Shown: one piece after another, positions 35,455-47,445 of the stretch
Numbering within the stretch: position 1 is the stretch's first letter
Layout: every line of letters begins with the position of its first letter
Source of the DNA: Betaproteobacteria bacterium
Lineage (GTDB): Bacteria; Pseudomonadota; Gammaproteobacteria; Burkholderiales; JACQAP01
Direction: 5' to 3'
Length of the DNA: 48,313 bases
Assembly: GCA_039930785.1 (NCBI GenBank)
Contig: JBDTTE010000002.1
Coordinates: 1 to 48,313, forward strand
Made by a program: the position numbers and the translations under genes
The notes under the pieces: generated by a model
The model's database searches: none
What the model was told of the DNA's origin: nothing
What the model saw: the letters and a program-made list of their open reading frames with translations, nothing else

Positions 35455-36876
35455 TCAGTTTCCCGTTGCGGTCCGACCAGCCACGCTGACCGTCGCGATT
35501 TTCCCGGCGACCGTCCCGATGGAACCCGCGCCCATCGTGATCACCACGTCGCCGTCTTGCGCCATCGCCAGAATCGCGACCGGCAGATCGCCGACTTTTT
35601 CCACAAATACCGGTTCGACCTTCCCTGCAACGCGCACGGCGCGTGCGAGCGCCCGTCCGTCGGCCGCCACGATCGGTGCTTCGCCAGCGGGATAAACATC
35701 CGTGAGCAACAATGCGTCGACCGATGAAAGAACTTTCACAAAGTCCTCGAAGCAGTCACGCGTGCGCGTGTATCGGTGGGGCTGAAACGCCAGGACCAGT
35801 CGACGACCCGGGAACGCCCCGCGCGCAGCTGCGAGCGTCGCCGCCATTTCCGCGGGGTGATGGCCATAATCGTCAATCACCGAAAACTTCCCGTCGGGTA
35901 ACTTGCAATATCCATAGCTCTGGAAGCGCCGACCGACGCCGCGAAACTCCGCCAGTGCCTTGACGATCGCGGCATCGGGGACGCCCACCTCCATGCCGAC
36001 GGCGATGGCGGCCAGTGCGTTTTGCACGTTGTGCACGCCGGGCAGATTCAAAACGACGTCGAGATGAGTCACCTTGGGCCCGCCGTTCCGGCGCACTACG
36101 CGGAAACGCATGCGGGTCCCATCCGCCTGCACGTCGATCGCGCGGATCTGCGACGCTTCCGACAATCCGTACGTGGTCACCTGCTTGGTAATGATGGGCA
36201 AAAGGCTCTTCACATTGGCGTCGTCGGCGCACAGCACCGCCATGCCGTAGAAGGGTAAATGCTCGATGAACTCGAGAAACGCCTGGCGCAGCCGGCCGAA
36301 GTCGTGGCCGTAGGTCTCCATGTGGTCGGCATCGATATTGGTGACGACCGCAAGCACGGGCTGCAGATACAGGAACGATGCGTCCGATTCGTCCGCTTCG
36401 ACGACGATGAATTCACCGGTGCCGAGTTTGGCGCTCGAACCCGCCGCCTCGAGGCGACCGCCGATCACGAACGTCGGATCCATGCCCGCTTCGGCCAGCA
36501 CACTTGCGACCAGGCTCGTCGTGGTGGTCTTGCCGTGGGTGCCGGCGATGGCGATGCCCTGCTTAAGGCGCATCAGTTCTGCCAGCATCATCGCGCGTGG
36601 CACGACCGGTATGCGCTTCGCGCGGGCCGCCGCCACTTCCGGATTGTCAGCCTTGACCGCCGTCGACGTGACCACGGCGTTGGCGCCGCTGACATTCGCT
36701 TCGTCATGGCCAATCTGGATGCGCCCACCGAGTTCCCGCAGGCGCGTCGTCACCGCCGTTTCTGATATATCGGATCCGCTAACCTCGAATCCGAGGTTCA
36801 GCATGACCTCGGCGATGCCGCTCATACCGGATCCGCCGATGCCAATGAAATGAACGTGTTTGACCTTGTGCTTCAT
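35455..36876 (-). CDS. murC: UDP-N-acetylmuramate--L-alanine ligase MurC, 473 aa
   Basis: Track ORF 35455..36894, trimmed to the ATG at 36876 ([24 protein letters not shown]). This ATG forms an ATGA overlap with the murG stop. Confidence 0.96.
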   Translation of the reverse strand: MKHKVKHVHFIGIGGSGMSGIAEVMLNLGFEVSGSDISETAVTTRLRELGGRIQIGHDEANVSGANAVVTSTAVKADNPEVAAARAKRIPVVPRAMMLAELMRLKQGIAIAGTHGKTTTTSLVASVLAEAGMDPTFVIGGRLEAAGSSAKLGTGEFIVVEADESDASFLYLQPVLAVVTNIDADHMETYGHDFGRLRQAFLEFIEHLPFYGMAVLCADDANVKSLLPIITKQVTTYGLSEASQIRAIDVQADGTRMRFRVVRRNGGPKVTHLDVVLNLPGVHNVQNALAAIAVGMEVGVPDAAIVKALAEFRGVGRRFQSYGYCKLPDGKFSVIDDYGHHPAEMAATLAAARGAFPGRRLVLAFQPHRYTRTRDCFEDFVKVLSSVDALLLTDVYPAGEAPIVAADGRALARAVRVAGKVEPVFVEKVGDLPVAILAMAQDGDVVITMGAGSIGTVAGKIATVSVAGRTATGN

Positions 36877-37931
36877 GCCGCCGCCGCCACGCAATGATCC
36901 GCCACGACACGCGCGGCGTCAGGTTTGCCCAGCGCCCGTGCGCGATTCGCCATTTCCAGAAGGCGTTCGCGGGAAAATCCGAGGATCAGGTCCGCCAGCC
37001 CGCGCGGCGTGAGTTCACGCTGCTGCAACAGCACTGCTGCGGACTGATCCGAGAGATAACGTGCATTCGATGTCTGGTGATCGTCCACAGCCGAAGGGAA
37101 TGGCACGAGCACGCTGGCGACGCCCGCCGCAGCGAGTTCCGAAACCGTCAACGCCCCCGCGCGGCAGATGACGAGATCGGCGCTGGCATACGCTTGCGAC
37201 ATGTCGCCGATGAATGCGACCGTCGCGGCGCGTACGCCGGCGGCGCGGTAGGCTTCCTCCAGTTGTGCGAGGTGCTTCTCTCCGGCCTGGTGCGTAACCT
37301 GCGGTCGTGTCGATTCGGGAATAAGGGCCAGCGCGCGCGGGACGATGTCGTTGAGCGCCTGCGCACCGAGGCTGCCGCCGACGACGAGGATCCTCAGGGA
37401 ACCGCTGCGATCGCGGAATCGCTGGTCGGGTGCCGGTAACTGCGCAATGTCGCGTCGCACCGGATTGCCTGTCCACTCGCCATTCTTCAACGCGCCGGGA
37501 AACGCAATCAGAATACGATCTGCGATGCGTGCGAGGACTTTGTTGGCCAGGCCAGCGACGGAATTCTGTTCGTGCAGCACGAAGGGTCGCGCCAGCGCCG
37601 CGGCCATCATGCCGCCCGGAAAAGAAATGTAGCCACCCATCCCCAGCACGACATCGGGACGCACCCGGAAAATCGCACACGCGCTTTGCCACAGCGCGAC
37701 GAGCAGGTTCAGCGGCAGCATGAGCGCACGCACGACGCCTTTGCCGCGCAATCCGGAGAATCGAATACCTTCCATGCGGTAGCCGTGCTGCGGCACCAGC
37801 CTTCCTTCCATGCCTTGCGGGGAGCCCAGCCAGACGATCGACCAGCCGTCGTCACGCAGCTGTTCGGCAACGGCCAGCGCCGGCATGATGTGGCCGCCGG
37901 TTCCGCCCGCCATGATCAGAATCGTCCTCAC
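36873..37931 (-). CDS. murG: Undecaprenyldiphospho-muramoylpentapeptide beta-N-acetylglucosaminyltransferase MurG, 352 aa
   Basis: The 813-aa track ORF (36873..39314) is a read-through artefact. MurG homology begins at (V)[21 protein letters not shown]. The GTG at 37931 overlaps the ftsW TGA (GTGA). Confidence 0.93.
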   Translation of the reverse strand: MRTILIMAGGTGGHIMPALAVAEQLRDDGWSIVWLGSPQGMEGRLVPQHGYRMEGIRFSGLRGKGVVRALMLPLNLLVALWQSACAIFRVRPDVVLGMGGYISFPGGMMAAALARPFVLHEQNSVAGLANKVLARIADRILIAFPGALKNGEWTGNPVRRDIAQLPAPDQRFRDRSGSLRILVVGGSLGAQALNDIVPRALALIPESTRPQVTHQAGEKHLAQLEEAYRAAGVRAATVAFIGDMSQAYASADLVICRAGALTVSELAAAGVASVLVPFPSAVDDHQTSNARYLSDQSAAVLLQQRELTPRGLADLILGFSRERLLEMANRARALGKPDAARVVADHCVAAAA

Positions 37932-39100
37932 AGGGAGTAGCCCTTCATCATCTGGCGATTCTCGTAGTCGATGCGCAGCAGGATCGCCAGAGCGCAGCAA
38001 TTGGCGAGAATGCCGCTGCCGCCGAACGACAGCAGCGGAAGCGTCAGGCCTTTCGTTGGCAGCACCCCCATATTCACGCCCATGTTGATGAACGCCTGCG
38101 CGCCGAGCCACAGCGCAATGCCCTGGGCCACCAGCGCGGAGAAAACGCGCTCCATGCGCGCGGCCTGATTCCCGATGACGAAGGCCCGCCAGATTAGCCA
38201 GCTGAATAACGCGATCACCGAGATCACACCGACGAAGCCGAGTTCTTCGGCAATGACCGCGAGCAGAAAATCGGTGTGCGCCTCGGGCAGGTAAAACAGC
38301 TTCTCGACACTCGCGCCCAGGCCCACGCCGAACCATTCGCCACGACCGAAAGCGATCAGTGCGTGCGAAAGCTGGTAGCCCTTGCCATACGGATCCGCCC
38401 AGGGATCCATGAATCCGATCACGCGCTGCAGGCGATAGGGCGATGTCCAGATCAGCAACACGAATCCGGCGAGGAGCGCGACGATTAGCGTGGCGAACAG
38501 CCTCCAGTTCATGCCACCGAGGAAGAGCACCCCCATGGCGACCGCCGTGATCACGGCGAATGCGCCGAAGTCCGGCTCGCGCAGGAGCAATCCGCCGGTG
38601 AGCAGCATGACCATCAGCATCGGCAGAAAGCCCTTGCGAAAGCTGTTCATGTGCGCCGCCTTGCGCACCGTGTAGTCCGCGGCATAAAGGACGGCGAACA
38701 GCTTCATCAGTTCGGAAGGCTGCAGGTTGGCCACGCCAAGCGATATCCAGCGCCTGCTGCCGTTGACCTCGCGTCCGATGCCGGGTATCAGCACCGCGAT
38801 CAGCAGGACGACCCCGGCGCAAAACAGGTAAGGCGCGGCCTGTTCCCAGAAGCGCATCGGAAACTGGAAGCAGACGAATCCCGCCATCAGGCCGACGAAC
38901 AGAAATACGCTGTGACGTATCAGGTAATACGCAGGCTGGTAGCCCGTGAAACGGCCACCTTCGGCAATGGCGATCGACGACGAATACACCATGATCAAAC
39001 CGAGCGTTAGTAACAGGCCCGCGACGCTGACCACGGCGTAGTCGAATTCGGTGATGGTGGAAGGGCGGCCCGCCAAACCGATGTCGAGGGACATGTTCAT
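37928..39100 (-). CDS. ftsW: Peptidoglycan glycosyltransferase / lipid II flippase-family protein FtsW (SEDS), 390 aa
   Basis: This is a polytopic SEDS protein ([16 protein letters not shown] and [20 protein letters not shown]). It lies between murD and murG. Confidence 0.96.
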   Translation of the reverse strand: MNMSLDIGLAGRPSTITEFDYAVVSVAGLLLTLGLIMVYSSSIAIAEGGRFTGYQPAYYLIRHSVFLFVGLMAGFVCFQFPMRFWEQAAPYLFCAGVVLLIAVLIPGIGREVNGSRRWISLGVANLQPSELMKLFAVLYAADYTVRKAAHMNSFRKGFLPMLMVMLLTGGLLLREPDFGAFAVITAVAMGVLFLGGMNWRLFATLIVALLAGFVLLIWTSPYRLQRVIGFMDPWADPYGKGYQLSHALIAFGRGEWFGVGLGASVEKLFYLPEAHTDFLLAVIAEELGFVGVISVIALFSWLIWRAFVIGNQAARMERVFSALVAQGIALWLGAQAFINMGVNMGVLPTKGLTLPLLSFGGSGILANCCALAILLRIDYENRQMMKGYSL

Positions 39101-40497
39101 GGCTGCGCCTCCAGCGCGCTGACTTCGTCCACGAAGACTTCGGCGCGGTGCCGGTAATCCCGGAACATGTCAAAGCTCGCGCATGCAGGCGACAACATGA
39201 CGGCATCGCCCGGCTGGGAAATCTGGAAGGCGCTCCGCACCGCGTCTCGCATGCTGGCGGCGTGAATGATCGTGGTACCGGAGGTCTTGATTGCATCCTC
39301 GATCTTGTTTGCATCGCGACCGATCAGGATCACGCCTTTCGCTTTTTTGGCCACCGCATCGTGCAATGGCGAAAAGTCCTGGCTTTTGCCCTCGCCACCG
39401 GCAATCAGCACGACTTTGGCCGTCATGCCCATCAGCGCCGCAACAGTGGCGCCGACGTTCGTTCCCTTCGAGTCATCGTAGAAACTCACGCCGCCCACTT
39501 CGGCGATTTTTTGCAGGCGGTGCTCCAGTCCCTCAAAACCGTACAGCGCGTCGAGCAGCGGCTCGTAGGCCAGGCCGATTGCGCGGCACAGCGCCAGCGC
39601 GGCCAGAGCGTTGGCGGCGTTGTGCAGGCCGGCCACTTTCAATTCGGAAGCCATCATCAGGTTGGCGCGTCCTTCGGCGAGCCAGCGTTCGCCGTCAATC
39701 GTGCGCAGGCCCCAGTTGCCTTCGGCCCACGGTTCGTCCAGGCCAAAGGTAAAAACCTTGCGTCCCAGCCGGGCCATGGCGTGCGCGCGTTCGTCCTGCC
39801 GGTTCACGACCTGGACCCCGTCGCCGAAAAATATTCTCGATTTGGCTTCGGCGTACTCCTTCATGCCGGCATAGCGATCCAGGTGGTCCTCGCTCAGGTT
39901 CAGGACCGCGGCTGCGTCGGGATCCAGGCTGCTTGTCGATTCGAGCTGGAAGCTGGAAAGCTCGAGTACGAAGACGTCCGGACGACGACGTTTGCCCGCA
40001 TTGATCTCCGTCAGGGCCTCCAGTATCGGCAAGCCGATGTTTCCCGCGACCAGCGTCCTGATTTTCGACTTGCGCACCATTGCCCCGACCATCTCGGTGA
40101 CCGTGCTCTTGCCATTCGATCCGGTAATGGCGATGACCCTGGTCCCGGGGAACTCCTGCCGGGTTCGCGCGAACAACTCGACGTCGCCGACGATGTCCAG
40201 GCCGCGCTGCGCCGCCGCGCGCACCAGCGTCTGCGCCATTGGCACCCCGGGACTGATCGCGACGAGATCGATATCCATGAAACTTTTCGGCTGGAACTCG
40301 CCGACATGCAACTCCACTTTCGGAAGCTCCTCGCGCAGGCGTGCGGCAAATGGCGGCGACTCGCGGCTATCCGCGACCCGCACGAGGGCACCGCGGGCAT
40401 CGAGCCAGCGCGCCATCGACATTCCGCTTGCGCCGAGTCCTAGCACGAGAGCCCGCCTATTTTTCAGCTCGATTGGCACGCACACACCCAATGGCAA
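39097..40497 (-). CDS. murD: UDP-N-acetylmuramoylalanine--D-glutamate ligase MurD
   Basis: [10 protein letters not shown] and [10 protein letters not shown] are present. The start is uncertain: the TTG at 40497 has GGGGA immediately adjacent, while the TTG at 40491 or the GTG at 40485 give better SD spacing. Confidence 0.93.
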   Translation of the reverse strand: MPLGVCVPIELKNRRALVLGLGASGMSMARWLDARGALVRVADSRESPPFAARLREELPKVELHVGEFQPKSFMDIDLVAISPGVPMAQTLVRAAAQRGLDIVGDVELFARTRQEFPGTRVIAITGSNGKSTVTEMVGAMVRKSKIRTLVAGNIGLPILEALTEINAGKRRRPDVFVLELSSFQLESTSSLDPDAAAVLNLSEDHLDRYAGMKEYAEAKSRIFFGDGVQVVNRQDERAHAMARLGRKVFTFGLDEPWAEGNWGLRTIDGERWLAEGRANLMMASELKVAGLHNAANALAALALCRAIGLAYEPLLDALYGFEGLEHRLQKIAEVGGVSFYDDSKGTNVGATVAALMGMTAKVVLIAGGEGKSQDFSPLHDAVAKKAKGVILIGRDANKIEDAIKTSGTTIIHAASMRDAVRSAFQISQPGDAVMLSPACASFDMFRDYRHRAEVFVDEVSALEAQP

Positions 40498-40551
40498 TCC
40501 CCGGTTGCGGGAGCCCCCTCGTTGCCATCACCGGCTCACGGTTTGCGCTTC

Positions 40552-41643
40552 TCATCTGAGCTTCAGCGTCGACAGTCCGATGAGGACCAGCATCATCGTG
40601 ATGATCCAGAAGCGAACCACCACCTGCGTTTCCTTCCAGCCCTTCAATTCATAGTGGTGGTGAAGCGGCGCCATCCGGAAAATTCGCTTGCCCGTTAGCT
40701 TGAAGGAAGCCACCTGCAGGACGACGGAGAGCGTTTCCACGACGAAGACGCCGCCCATGATGAACAGCACGATTTCCTGGCGGACCACGACCGCGATGGT
40801 GCCGAGCGCACCGCCAAGCGCCAGCGCGCCAACATCGCCCATGAATACCTCGGCGGGATAGGCGTTGAACCACAGGAATGCGAGGCCGGATCCTGCAAGC
40901 GCCGCGCAGACCACCGTCAACTCCCCGGCGCCGGGAATCAGCGGAAATCCGAGATAGCGCGCATAGATGGCATTGCCCGCGACATACGCGAAAACGCCGA
41001 GCGCGCTGCCGACCATGACAGTCGGCAGGATCGCGAGGCCGTCGAGCCCGTCGGTCAGGTTGACCGCATTGCTGGTACCGACGATCACGAAGTAACTCAT
41101 CACGATGAAGCCGATGATTCCCAGCGGATAGTTGACCTGCTTGAACAGCGGCACGATCAGTTCCGTTTGCGCCGGAATCGTCGCCGAAGTCGCGAGATAC
41201 GTTGCGGCGGCGAGGCCGATCACCGACTGCCAGAAAAACTTGGCGCGTGCGGACAAGCCCTTGGGATTGCGGTGCACGACCTTGCGATAGTCGTCGATCC
41301 AGCCGATCAATCCGAAGCCCAGTGTGACGATTAGCACCACCCACACAAAACGGTTGTGCCAGTCAGCCCACAGCAACGTCGTCACGACGATCGAAATCAG
41401 GATCAGCGCACCGCCCATCGTCGGTGTGCCGGCCTTGGAGAGGTGGGACTTCGGTCCGTCGTCGCGCACCGACTGCCCGATCTTGTACGCAGTCAGCTTG
41501 CGAATCATGATCGGGCCGACAACAAAGGAAATCACCAGTGCCGTCAGCGTCGCGAGCACCGCTCGCAACGTGATGTAGTTGAACACGTTGAACGCGCGGA
41601 TGTGGAGGTCGTCGGCCAACCACTGAGTCAACGCCAGCAACAT
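40552..41643 (-). CDS. mraY: Phospho-N-acetylmuramoyl-pentapeptide transferase MraY, 363 aa
   Basis: The motifs [22 protein letters not shown] and HHHYEL are present. Confidence 0.97.
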   Translation of the reverse strand: MLLALTQWLADDLHIRAFNVFNYITLRAVLATLTALVISFVVGPIMIRKLTAYKIGQSVRDDGPKSHLSKAGTPTMGGALILISIVVTTLLWADWHNRFVWVVLIVTLGFGLIGWIDDYRKVVHRNPKGLSARAKFFWQSVIGLAAATYLATSATIPAQTELIVPLFKQVNYPLGIIGFIVMSYFVIVGTSNAVNLTDGLDGLAILPTVMVGSALGVFAYVAGNAIYARYLGFPLIPGAGELTVVCAALAGSGLAFLWFNAYPAEVFMGDVGALALGGALGTIAVVVRQEIVLFIMGGVFVVETLSVVLQVASFKLTGKRIFRMAPLHHHYELKGWKETQVVVRFWIITMMLVLIGLSTLKLR

Positions 41644-43025
41644 CAGGCGGCTCCTTTCATGGTCGGTTCGCCATTCACGGCACCCAGCGCTTCCACGACG
41701 CGTTCCATGCGCATGAAGCGCGAGCCCTTTACCAGGACCGTCACGCCGTTCTCGAGCTGTCCCGACAGTTCCGTCACGAGCTCGGGCACATCGGAGAAAT
41801 GCTTGGCACCCGATCCGAAACTGCGCACGGCGGCGGCACTCGCCTCGCCAAGGGCCAGCAGGACATTGACGCCAGCGCGCCGGGCGAACTCGCCCAGCTT
41901 CTCGTGCAGTGCCATTACGTCTGCACCGAGTTCGCCCATGTCACCCATCACGAAAATTTTCCGACCCGGGTAGGCGACGAGAACCGAGATCGCCGCCTGC
42001 ATCGATTCCGGATTGGCGTTGTAGGTATCGTCAATCACCAGCGCGCCGGAAGGATGGCGCTTGCGTTGGAGCCGGCCCTTGACGCCGGTGTAGGCGGCAA
42101 GTCCCGCGGCCATCGCCGCGGCCGGGACATTCAGCGCGTGGGCGCAAGCGACCGCGGCCAGCGCATTCTTGATGTTATGCAAACCCGGGATGGCCAGCGT
42201 TGCGACAAACTCCTCGGCCGGAGTACGGAACGTAACCAGACTAGCGAAAGCCGCGAGTTCATAGCGCGCGGAAATTTCCGCATTGCGATCGAGGCCGAAC
42301 TCGACGATGCGGCGACCTCCCGCGACAGCGCGCCATTTCTTTGCGAAGCGATCGTCAACGTTGATGACCGCAATACCGGAATCCGGCACGCCGCCAAATA
42401 TTTCGGACTTCGCCTGCGCGATGGCTTCCAGCGAACCGAGTTCGCCCACGTGCGCGCTGCCGGCGTTGTTGATCAGCGCCACGTCGGGCCTGGCGAGTGC
42501 CGACAAATACGCGATTTCGCCGAGATGGTTCATACCCATTTCGATGACCGCGTAGCGATGCGCAGCGTTCAGGCGCAGCAGCGTCAGGGGCATGCCGATG
42601 TCGTTGTTGAAATTACCCGCGGTCGCAAGAACGCCGGAGTCACCAGCGACCTGGCGCAGGATGGAAGCGAGCATTTCCTTGACCGTCGTCTTGCCGTTGC
42701 TGCCCGTGATTGCGGTTAGCGCAATGGTGAAGCGACCGCGCCAGTAGGCTGCGAGCCTTCCCAGCGCGAGGCGCGTGTCCTCTACTTCGAGCACTCGCGC
42801 ATTCGGTGTCGAAAGTTTCGCTCCCCGTGAGACCATTACCGCAACGGCGCCCGCGGCCAGTGCCTGGTCGGCAAACGCCTGTCCGTCGAAATTATCGCCA
42901 CGAAGGCCGACGAACAAATCGCCCGCGCGCAAGTTGCGACTGTCGGTCGTCACTCGATTGAACTCCGCGTTGGCGCCCACGTGGCGTGCGCCGATCGCAA
43001 TTGCAGCGGCTGCGAGGTCAAGCAT
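41643..43025 (-). CDS. murF: UDP-N-acetylmuramoyl-tripeptide--D-alanyl-D-alanine ligase MurF, 460 aa
   Basis: Track ORF 41643..43067, trimmed to the ATG at 43025 ([17 protein letters not shown]), which overlaps murE by 8 nt. [13 protein letters not shown] is present. Confidence 0.95.
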   Translation of the reverse strand: MLDLAAAAIAIGARHVGANAEFNRVTTDSRNLRAGDLFVGLRGDNFDGQAFADQALAAGAVAVMVSRGAKLSTPNARVLEVEDTRLALGRLAAYWRGRFTIALTAITGSNGKTTVKEMLASILRQVAGDSGVLATAGNFNNDIGMPLTLLRLNAAHRYAVIEMGMNHLGEIAYLSALARPDVALINNAGSAHVGELGSLEAIAQAKSEIFGGVPDSGIAVINVDDRFAKKWRAVAGGRRIVEFGLDRNAEISARYELAAFASLVTFRTPAEEFVATLAIPGLHNIKNALAAVACAHALNVPAAAMAAGLAAYTGVKGRLQRKRHPSGALVIDDTYNANPESMQAAISVLVAYPGRKIFVMGDMGELGADVMALHEKLGEFARRAGVNVLLALGEASAAAVRSFGSGAKHFSDVPELVTELSGQLENGVTVLVKGSRFMRMERVVEALGAVNGEPTMKGAA

Positions 43026-44502
43026 GGCTCGCGCCCCCCATCCGCCGCCGCAGACCTTCGCGCGCAACCAGTGTGTCGTCGAAGGGCAATCGTTGCCCTC
43101 CGATCTCCTGATAGGTTTCGTGGCCTTTGCCGGCGATCAGGACGACGTCTTCCGTGGAAGCCGATTGAAGTGCCTTGAAGATTGCCGCGGAACGATCGAT
43201 TTCGATTTCGTAGTTCGGATGGGATCCGGCAGCGATCTCTTCCACGATCGCGCGCGGATCCTCGGAACGCGGGTTGTCGCTGGTAACGATGGCCCGGTGC
43301 GCGAGGCGCGTGGCGACTTCGCCCATGACGGGGCGCTTGCCGGCGTCGCGATCACCGCCGCAGCCGAATACGCAAATAAGACTGGCACCGGGAGCGAGCA
43401 ATGCGCGCAAAGTCTGCAGGACTTTCTCCAGCGCGTCAGGCGTATGCGCGTAGTCGACGACCACGAGCGGTGCGTCGGGCAGGCGGATCATCTGCAATCT
43501 TCCTGGCACCGGCTCGACCTGCGCGATCGCCTCGACGGCGTCGTGCAATGCCATCTCGGTGGTCATCAGCACGCCCAGCACGCCGAGCAGGTTCGTGGCA
43601 TTGAATTCGCCGATCAGGCGGCTGCGCAATTGCGCAGCCCCCCAAGGCGTACTGATCTCGAGTTTCAATCCGCGCGTGGAGAGGTCCAGTTTGTGTCCGG
43701 CGATTTCGCCGCGGCCCAGGCCGTAACCCAGCACGTTCACGCGCGAGCGGTCGATCGACTGCGCCAGAGAGCGACCGAACTCGTCATCGACGTTCACGAC
43801 GGCGTGTTTCAGGCCGGGCCAGCGAAACAACTTCGCCTTCGCCGCGCCGTAGTCCTCCATGCTGCCGTGGTAATCAAGGTGGTCGCGCGACAAATTGGTG
43901 AACAACGCCACATCGAATTCGACTCCTTCGACGCGCCCCTGGTCGAGCCCGTGCGAGGACACTTCCATGGCGCAGCCGAAGGCGCCCTCGGTGCGCAAGG
44001 CCGCCAATCGCGCCTGCAGCGAGACGGCGTCCGGTGTCGTGTTCATCGCGAAATCGAGCGCACCGGGAAAGCCGCTTCCCAACGTGCCGATCACCGCGGT
44101 CTTCCGACCGAGGCCACCCAGCGATTGCGCGATCCAGTGCGAGCACGACGTCTTGCCGTTGGTCCCGGTCACGCCGGCGAGCCATAGATCGCGTGAGGGA
44201 TATTCGAAAAAGCGGCTGGCAATTTCACCGACGTGCATGCGCAGATCCGTGACACCGAGATTCGGTACCCGCCACCCTGCATCCCATTGAAAGCCGCTGC
44301 GTTCCCAGATCACAGCGCTGGCGCCCGCGGAGATTGCCTGGGCAATATGCGCACGCCCATCCGCACGCTGCCCGGGATAGGCCAGAAAAAGGTCTCCGCG
44401 CTTGATCTTGCGACTGTCGAGGGCGACGCCACTCGCGCGAATGCTGAGCGCATCGAGTGCGCCCGCGTCGAATCGTGCACCGGACAGCGCCGCGTCCGTC
44501 AT
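43018..44502 (-). CDS. murE: UDP-N-acetylmuramoyl-L-alanyl-D-glutamate--2,6-diaminopimelate ligase MurE, 494 aa
   Basis: VTGTNGKTSCSHW is present. DNPR (TSDNPRSEDP) is the meso-DAP-type motif. Confidence 0.96.
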   Translation of the reverse strand: MTDAALSGARFDAGALDALSIRASGVALDSRKIKRGDLFLAYPGQRADGRAHIAQAISAGASAVIWERSGFQWDAGWRVPNLGVTDLRMHVGEIASRFFEYPSRDLWLAGVTGTNGKTSCSHWIAQSLGGLGRKTAVIGTLGSGFPGALDFAMNTTPDAVSLQARLAALRTEGAFGCAMEVSSHGLDQGRVEGVEFDVALFTNLSRDHLDYHGSMEDYGAAKAKLFRWPGLKHAVVNVDDEFGRSLAQSIDRSRVNVLGYGLGRGEIAGHKLDLSTRGLKLEISTPWGAAQLRSRLIGEFNATNLLGVLGVLMTTEMALHDAVEAIAQVEPVPGRLQMIRLPDAPLVVVDYAHTPDALEKVLQTLRALLAPGASLICVFGCGGDRDAGKRPVMGEVATRLAHRAIVTSDNPRSEDPRAIVEEIAAGSHPNYEIEIDRSAAIFKALQSASTEDVVLIAGKGHETYQEIGGQRLPFDDTLVAREGLRRRMGGASHA

Positions 44503-46229
44503 ACCTCTTCCCTCACGACCGGTGTCGCGTCGGGGGAGATCACATTGTCGGGTGTGGCATCGGGTTCAATGCCGAGCAGGCGAAGCGCGCCGGCCATGAC
44601 GTTGCTGAACACAGGGGCGGCGACTTCGCCGCCGTAGTAGGACTTGCCGCCGGGCTCGTCAAGCATGACGGCGATGACCAGGCGCGGTTGCGAGGTGGGC
44701 GCGAAGCCTACGAACGAGGCCACATAGCGATCGTTGGCGTACGAGGCGCCGATCAGCTTGTGCGCGGTACCGGTTTTGCCGGCGACTCGATAGCCCGCCA
44801 CTTGCGCGCGCGTCGCGGTACCGCCCGGTTGCGTGACCATTTCGAGCATCTTGCGAACCGAAGCCGCAGTGCGCGCGGACATGACACGCTTGCCGTCCAC
44901 GGGTTGGTCGCGCCGGATCAGGGTGATCGGTTTGAGTTCGCCGTCCGTCGCAAATACCGAATAAGCCCGCGCCAGTTGCAGCAGGCTGACCGAGATGCCA
45001 TGGCCGTAGGACATGGTGGCCTGTTCGATCGGTTTCCAGGTCTGATACGCGCGCAGCTTGCCGGTGGCCTCGCCGGGAAAACCCACCTTCGTCGGCACGC
45101 CGAATCCCACGTCGGACAGCATCGTCCACAATTTCTGCGGCGCCATCGACAGCGCCATCTTGGCCGACCCCACATTCGATGATTTCTGGATGACCTGCGC
45201 GACCGTCAGTATTCCTTCCGCATGCGCGTCGTGGATCGTGCGATTGCCGATGGTATAGCGACCGCCCTCGGTGTCGATCAGGCTGCCGGGACTGACCAGA
45301 CCGGATTCCAGCGCCGCTGCAACCGTGAATGGCTTCAACGTGGATCCCGGTTCGAACAGATTGACCACCGCGCGATTGCGCGAACGGTCAATCTTCATCG
45401 TGTCGCGATTGTTCGGGTTGTAGGTAGGCCAGTTCGCCAGCGCCAGCACTTCGCCTGAATTGACGTCAAGCACGACGATGCTGCCGGCTTTCGCTTCGTT
45501 CAGCGCGATTGCGCTCTTCAGTTCGCGAAAAGCCAGGTACTGGATGCGTTGATCGATCGACAGCGCCAATTCGCGCCCCGGCTGGGGCGCGCGAATGCTT
45601 TCGATGTCTTCGACAACGTGGCCAAGGCGGTCCTTGATCACGCGACGGCTACCGGGCTTGCCGCTCAACCAATCCTGGTACGCGAGTTCAATGCCCTCCT
45701 TGCCGATGTCGTCGACGCTGTTCATGCCGACAACGTGCGCGGTGATTTCAGCCGAGGGGTAATAGCGACGGTACTCGCGCTTGAGAAATACGCCGGGCAG
45801 ATTCATTTGCACAACCTTTGCGACCAGGTCCGGGGGTAACTGGCGCTTCAGGTAGACGAAGTCGCGATCGGGTTCCGCGAGTTTTTTCTTGAGCTCCGCT
45901 GCATCCATTCCGAGCAGCCGGGCCAGCTTCGAACGCTGTTCGGGACTCAGGTTGGCGTCTGCCGGGACGGCCCACACCGATTCGACCGGCGTACTCAACG
46001 CCAGCGGTTCGCCGTTGCGATCGGTGATCATTCCGCGATGCGCGGAAATTTCCATCACATGGGCGTAGCGATTTTCGCCCTTTTGCTGCAAGAAATCGCT
46101 GCGCAGCCCCTGCAGGTAAAGAGCCCGCGCCGCCAGGATCATGAATCCGAAAAACACCAGCAGCATGAGCAGCCGCGCCCGCCAGACAGGCAGGCGCACC
46201 GAAAGTGCCGGGTTCATGGAATGGTTCAT
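44499..46229 (-). CDS. ftsI: Peptidoglycan D,D-transpeptidase FtsI (PBP3), 576 aa
   Basis: The protein has an N-terminal TM anchor. The motifs are SxxK (GSTLKPF), SxN (KSSNVG) and KTG (AGKTGTA). It forms ATGA overlaps with ftsL and murE. Confidence 0.96.
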   Translation of the reverse strand: MNHSMNPALSVRLPVWRARLLMLLVFFGFMILAARALYLQGLRSDFLQQKGENRYAHVMEISAHRGMITDRNGEPLALSTPVESVWAVPADANLSPEQRSKLARLLGMDAAELKKKLAEPDRDFVYLKRQLPPDLVAKVVQMNLPGVFLKREYRRYYPSAEITAHVVGMNSVDDIGKEGIELAYQDWLSGKPGSRRVIKDRLGHVVEDIESIRAPQPGRELALSIDQRIQYLAFRELKSAIALNEAKAGSIVVLDVNSGEVLALANWPTYNPNNRDTMKIDRSRNRAVVNLFEPGSTLKPFTVAAALESGLVSPGSLIDTEGGRYTIGNRTIHDAHAEGILTVAQVIQKSSNVGSAKMALSMAPQKLWTMLSDVGFGVPTKVGFPGEATGKLRAYQTWKPIEQATMSYGHGISVSLLQLARAYSVFATDGELKPITLIRRDQPVDGKRVMSARTAASVRKMLEMVTQPGGTATRAQVAGYRVAGKTGTAHKLIGASYANDRYVASFVGFAPTSQPRLVIAVMLDEPGGKSYYGGEVAAPVFSNVMAGALRLLGIEPDATPDNVISPDATPVVREEV

Positions 46230-46507
46230 GGCCTGGACGGCGCGGAAGGGGGAGGAACGAGGTGCACGCGCGCAACGGGCGGGGTCCGCATTTGCAGGTT
46301 GTTCACTGCAATCTTCTCCACCCGGGAATGCATCGCCCAGGTGCTTTGTTCAAGCTGCAATTGTCCGTATTCGACTTCGAGTTGCCTGGCCTGGTCCTGC
46401 TGCTTCTGCAACTCCACAAACAACTTCCGCGACTTGTGCTGCGAGGTGACCAGCGCGAGGGAACAGATCACCAGGATCACAGCCAACGCCAGATTGATCT
46501 TGATCAT
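46226..46507 (-). CDS. ftsL: Cell division protein FtsL, 93 aa
   Basis: A single TM segment ([17 protein letters not shown]) is followed by a coiled-coil ([27 protein letters not shown]). The gene lies between rsmH and ftsI. Confidence 0.9.
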   Translation of the reverse strand: MIKINLALAVILVICSLALVTSQHKSRKLFVELQKQQDQARQLEVEYGQLQLEQSTWAMHSRVEKIAVNNLQMRTPPVARVHLVPPPSAPSRP

Positions 46508-47427
46508 GCCGCGAGCCTTTCGGCGACCCGCATGATTGCGCTGCGCGAGCGCGGATTCGCCTGCACTTCCGCATCGGTCGCGCGTATCGCTTTTCCAACG
46601 AGCTTCATGCGCGACCTGGGCATTTCTGCTGCCCGCAAGGGCAATCGCCTCGGTACCGCAGCCGGTTGCGACTCGGCGCGCATGAACTGCTTGACGATGC
46701 GATCTTCCAGCGAATGGAAACTTATGACGACCAGGCGCGCGCCGTCAGCGAGCATCTCCACGCTCCGGGGCAGCGCTACTTCCAACTCTTCAAGCTCCTT
46801 ATTGATGTGAATCCGAAGAGCTTGGAAGGTACGCGTCGCCGGATCCTGCCGTGGTTCGCGCGCGGGAACGGCTTTTGCCACGATCTGGGCAAGTTGCCGT
46901 GTGCGGTCGACAGGGCCTCCCGATCTAGCCGCAACAATCGCTCTTGCAATCTGTTTAGCAAACCGATCTTCGCCATAGCGTCTGATGACTCCCCCGATTT
47001 CCAGTTCAGATGCCGAATCGAGCCACTGCGCTGCGGTCTGTCCGCGGCTCGTGTCCATTCGCATGTCGAGCGGTCCGTCGAAACGAAAACTGAATCCGCG
47101 TTGTGCCTCGTCGATCTGCGGAGATGACACCCCAAGATCGAACAGCACGCCGTCCACATGCTCTACGCCCCGCTCCAGCAACACATCCTTCAGTCCGCCA
47201 AATCCCGCATGAACCACCGCGAAACGCGGGTCCTCTATCGCTTGCGCGTGCGTAACCGCTTCCGGATCGCGATCGAATGCAACCAACTTTCCGTCCTTCC
47301 CCAGCCGCTGCAGGATCGCGCGACTGTGGCCGCCGCGCCCGAATGTGGCATCCACATAAATTCCGTCGGGCCTGATGCGCAACGCCTCGACCGCCTCTTC
47401 CAGCAAAACCGTCTGATGCGGAGTCAT
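46504..47427 (-). CDS. rsmH: 16S rRNA (cytosine1402-N4)-methyltransferase RsmH (MraW)
   Basis: The motifs [37 protein letters not shown] and [11 protein letters not shown] are present. Confidence 0.97.
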   Translation of the reverse strand: MTPHQTVLLEEAVEALRIRPDGIYVDATFGRGGHSRAILQRLGKDGKLVAFDRDPEAVTHAQAIEDPRFAVVHAGFGGLKDVLLERGVEHVDGVLFDLGVSSPQIDEAQRGFSFRFDGPLDMRMDTSRGQTAAQWLDSASELEIGGVIRRYGEDRFAKQIARAIVAARSGGPVDRTRQLAQIVAKAVPAREPRQDPATRTFQALRIHINKELEELEVALPRSVEMLADGARLVVISFHSLEDRIVKQFMRAESQPAAVPRRLPLRAAEMPRSRMKLVGKAIRATDAEVQANPRSRSAIMRVAERLAA

Positions 47428-47445
47428 CTCGCGCCCCGATGCAAC

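Noticed and set aside
37932-39314. N-terminal ~460 aa of the 813-aa track ORF 36873..39314
   Set aside because: This part overlaps ftsW and the end of murD out of frame and is Arg/Pro/Gly-rich nonsense. MurG homology starts only at [17 protein letters not shown] at 37931 overlapping the ftsW stop gives a normal 352-aa MurG.
30568-46810. Numerous 100-470-aa plus-strand ORFs across the dcw cluster (e.g. 42775..44187, 39148..40443, 30582..31568, 32489..33340, 34656..35453)
   Set aside because: All are antisense to well-supported dcw genes. Their composition is typical of GC3-driven open frames, and no independent signals (SD, motifs) are present.
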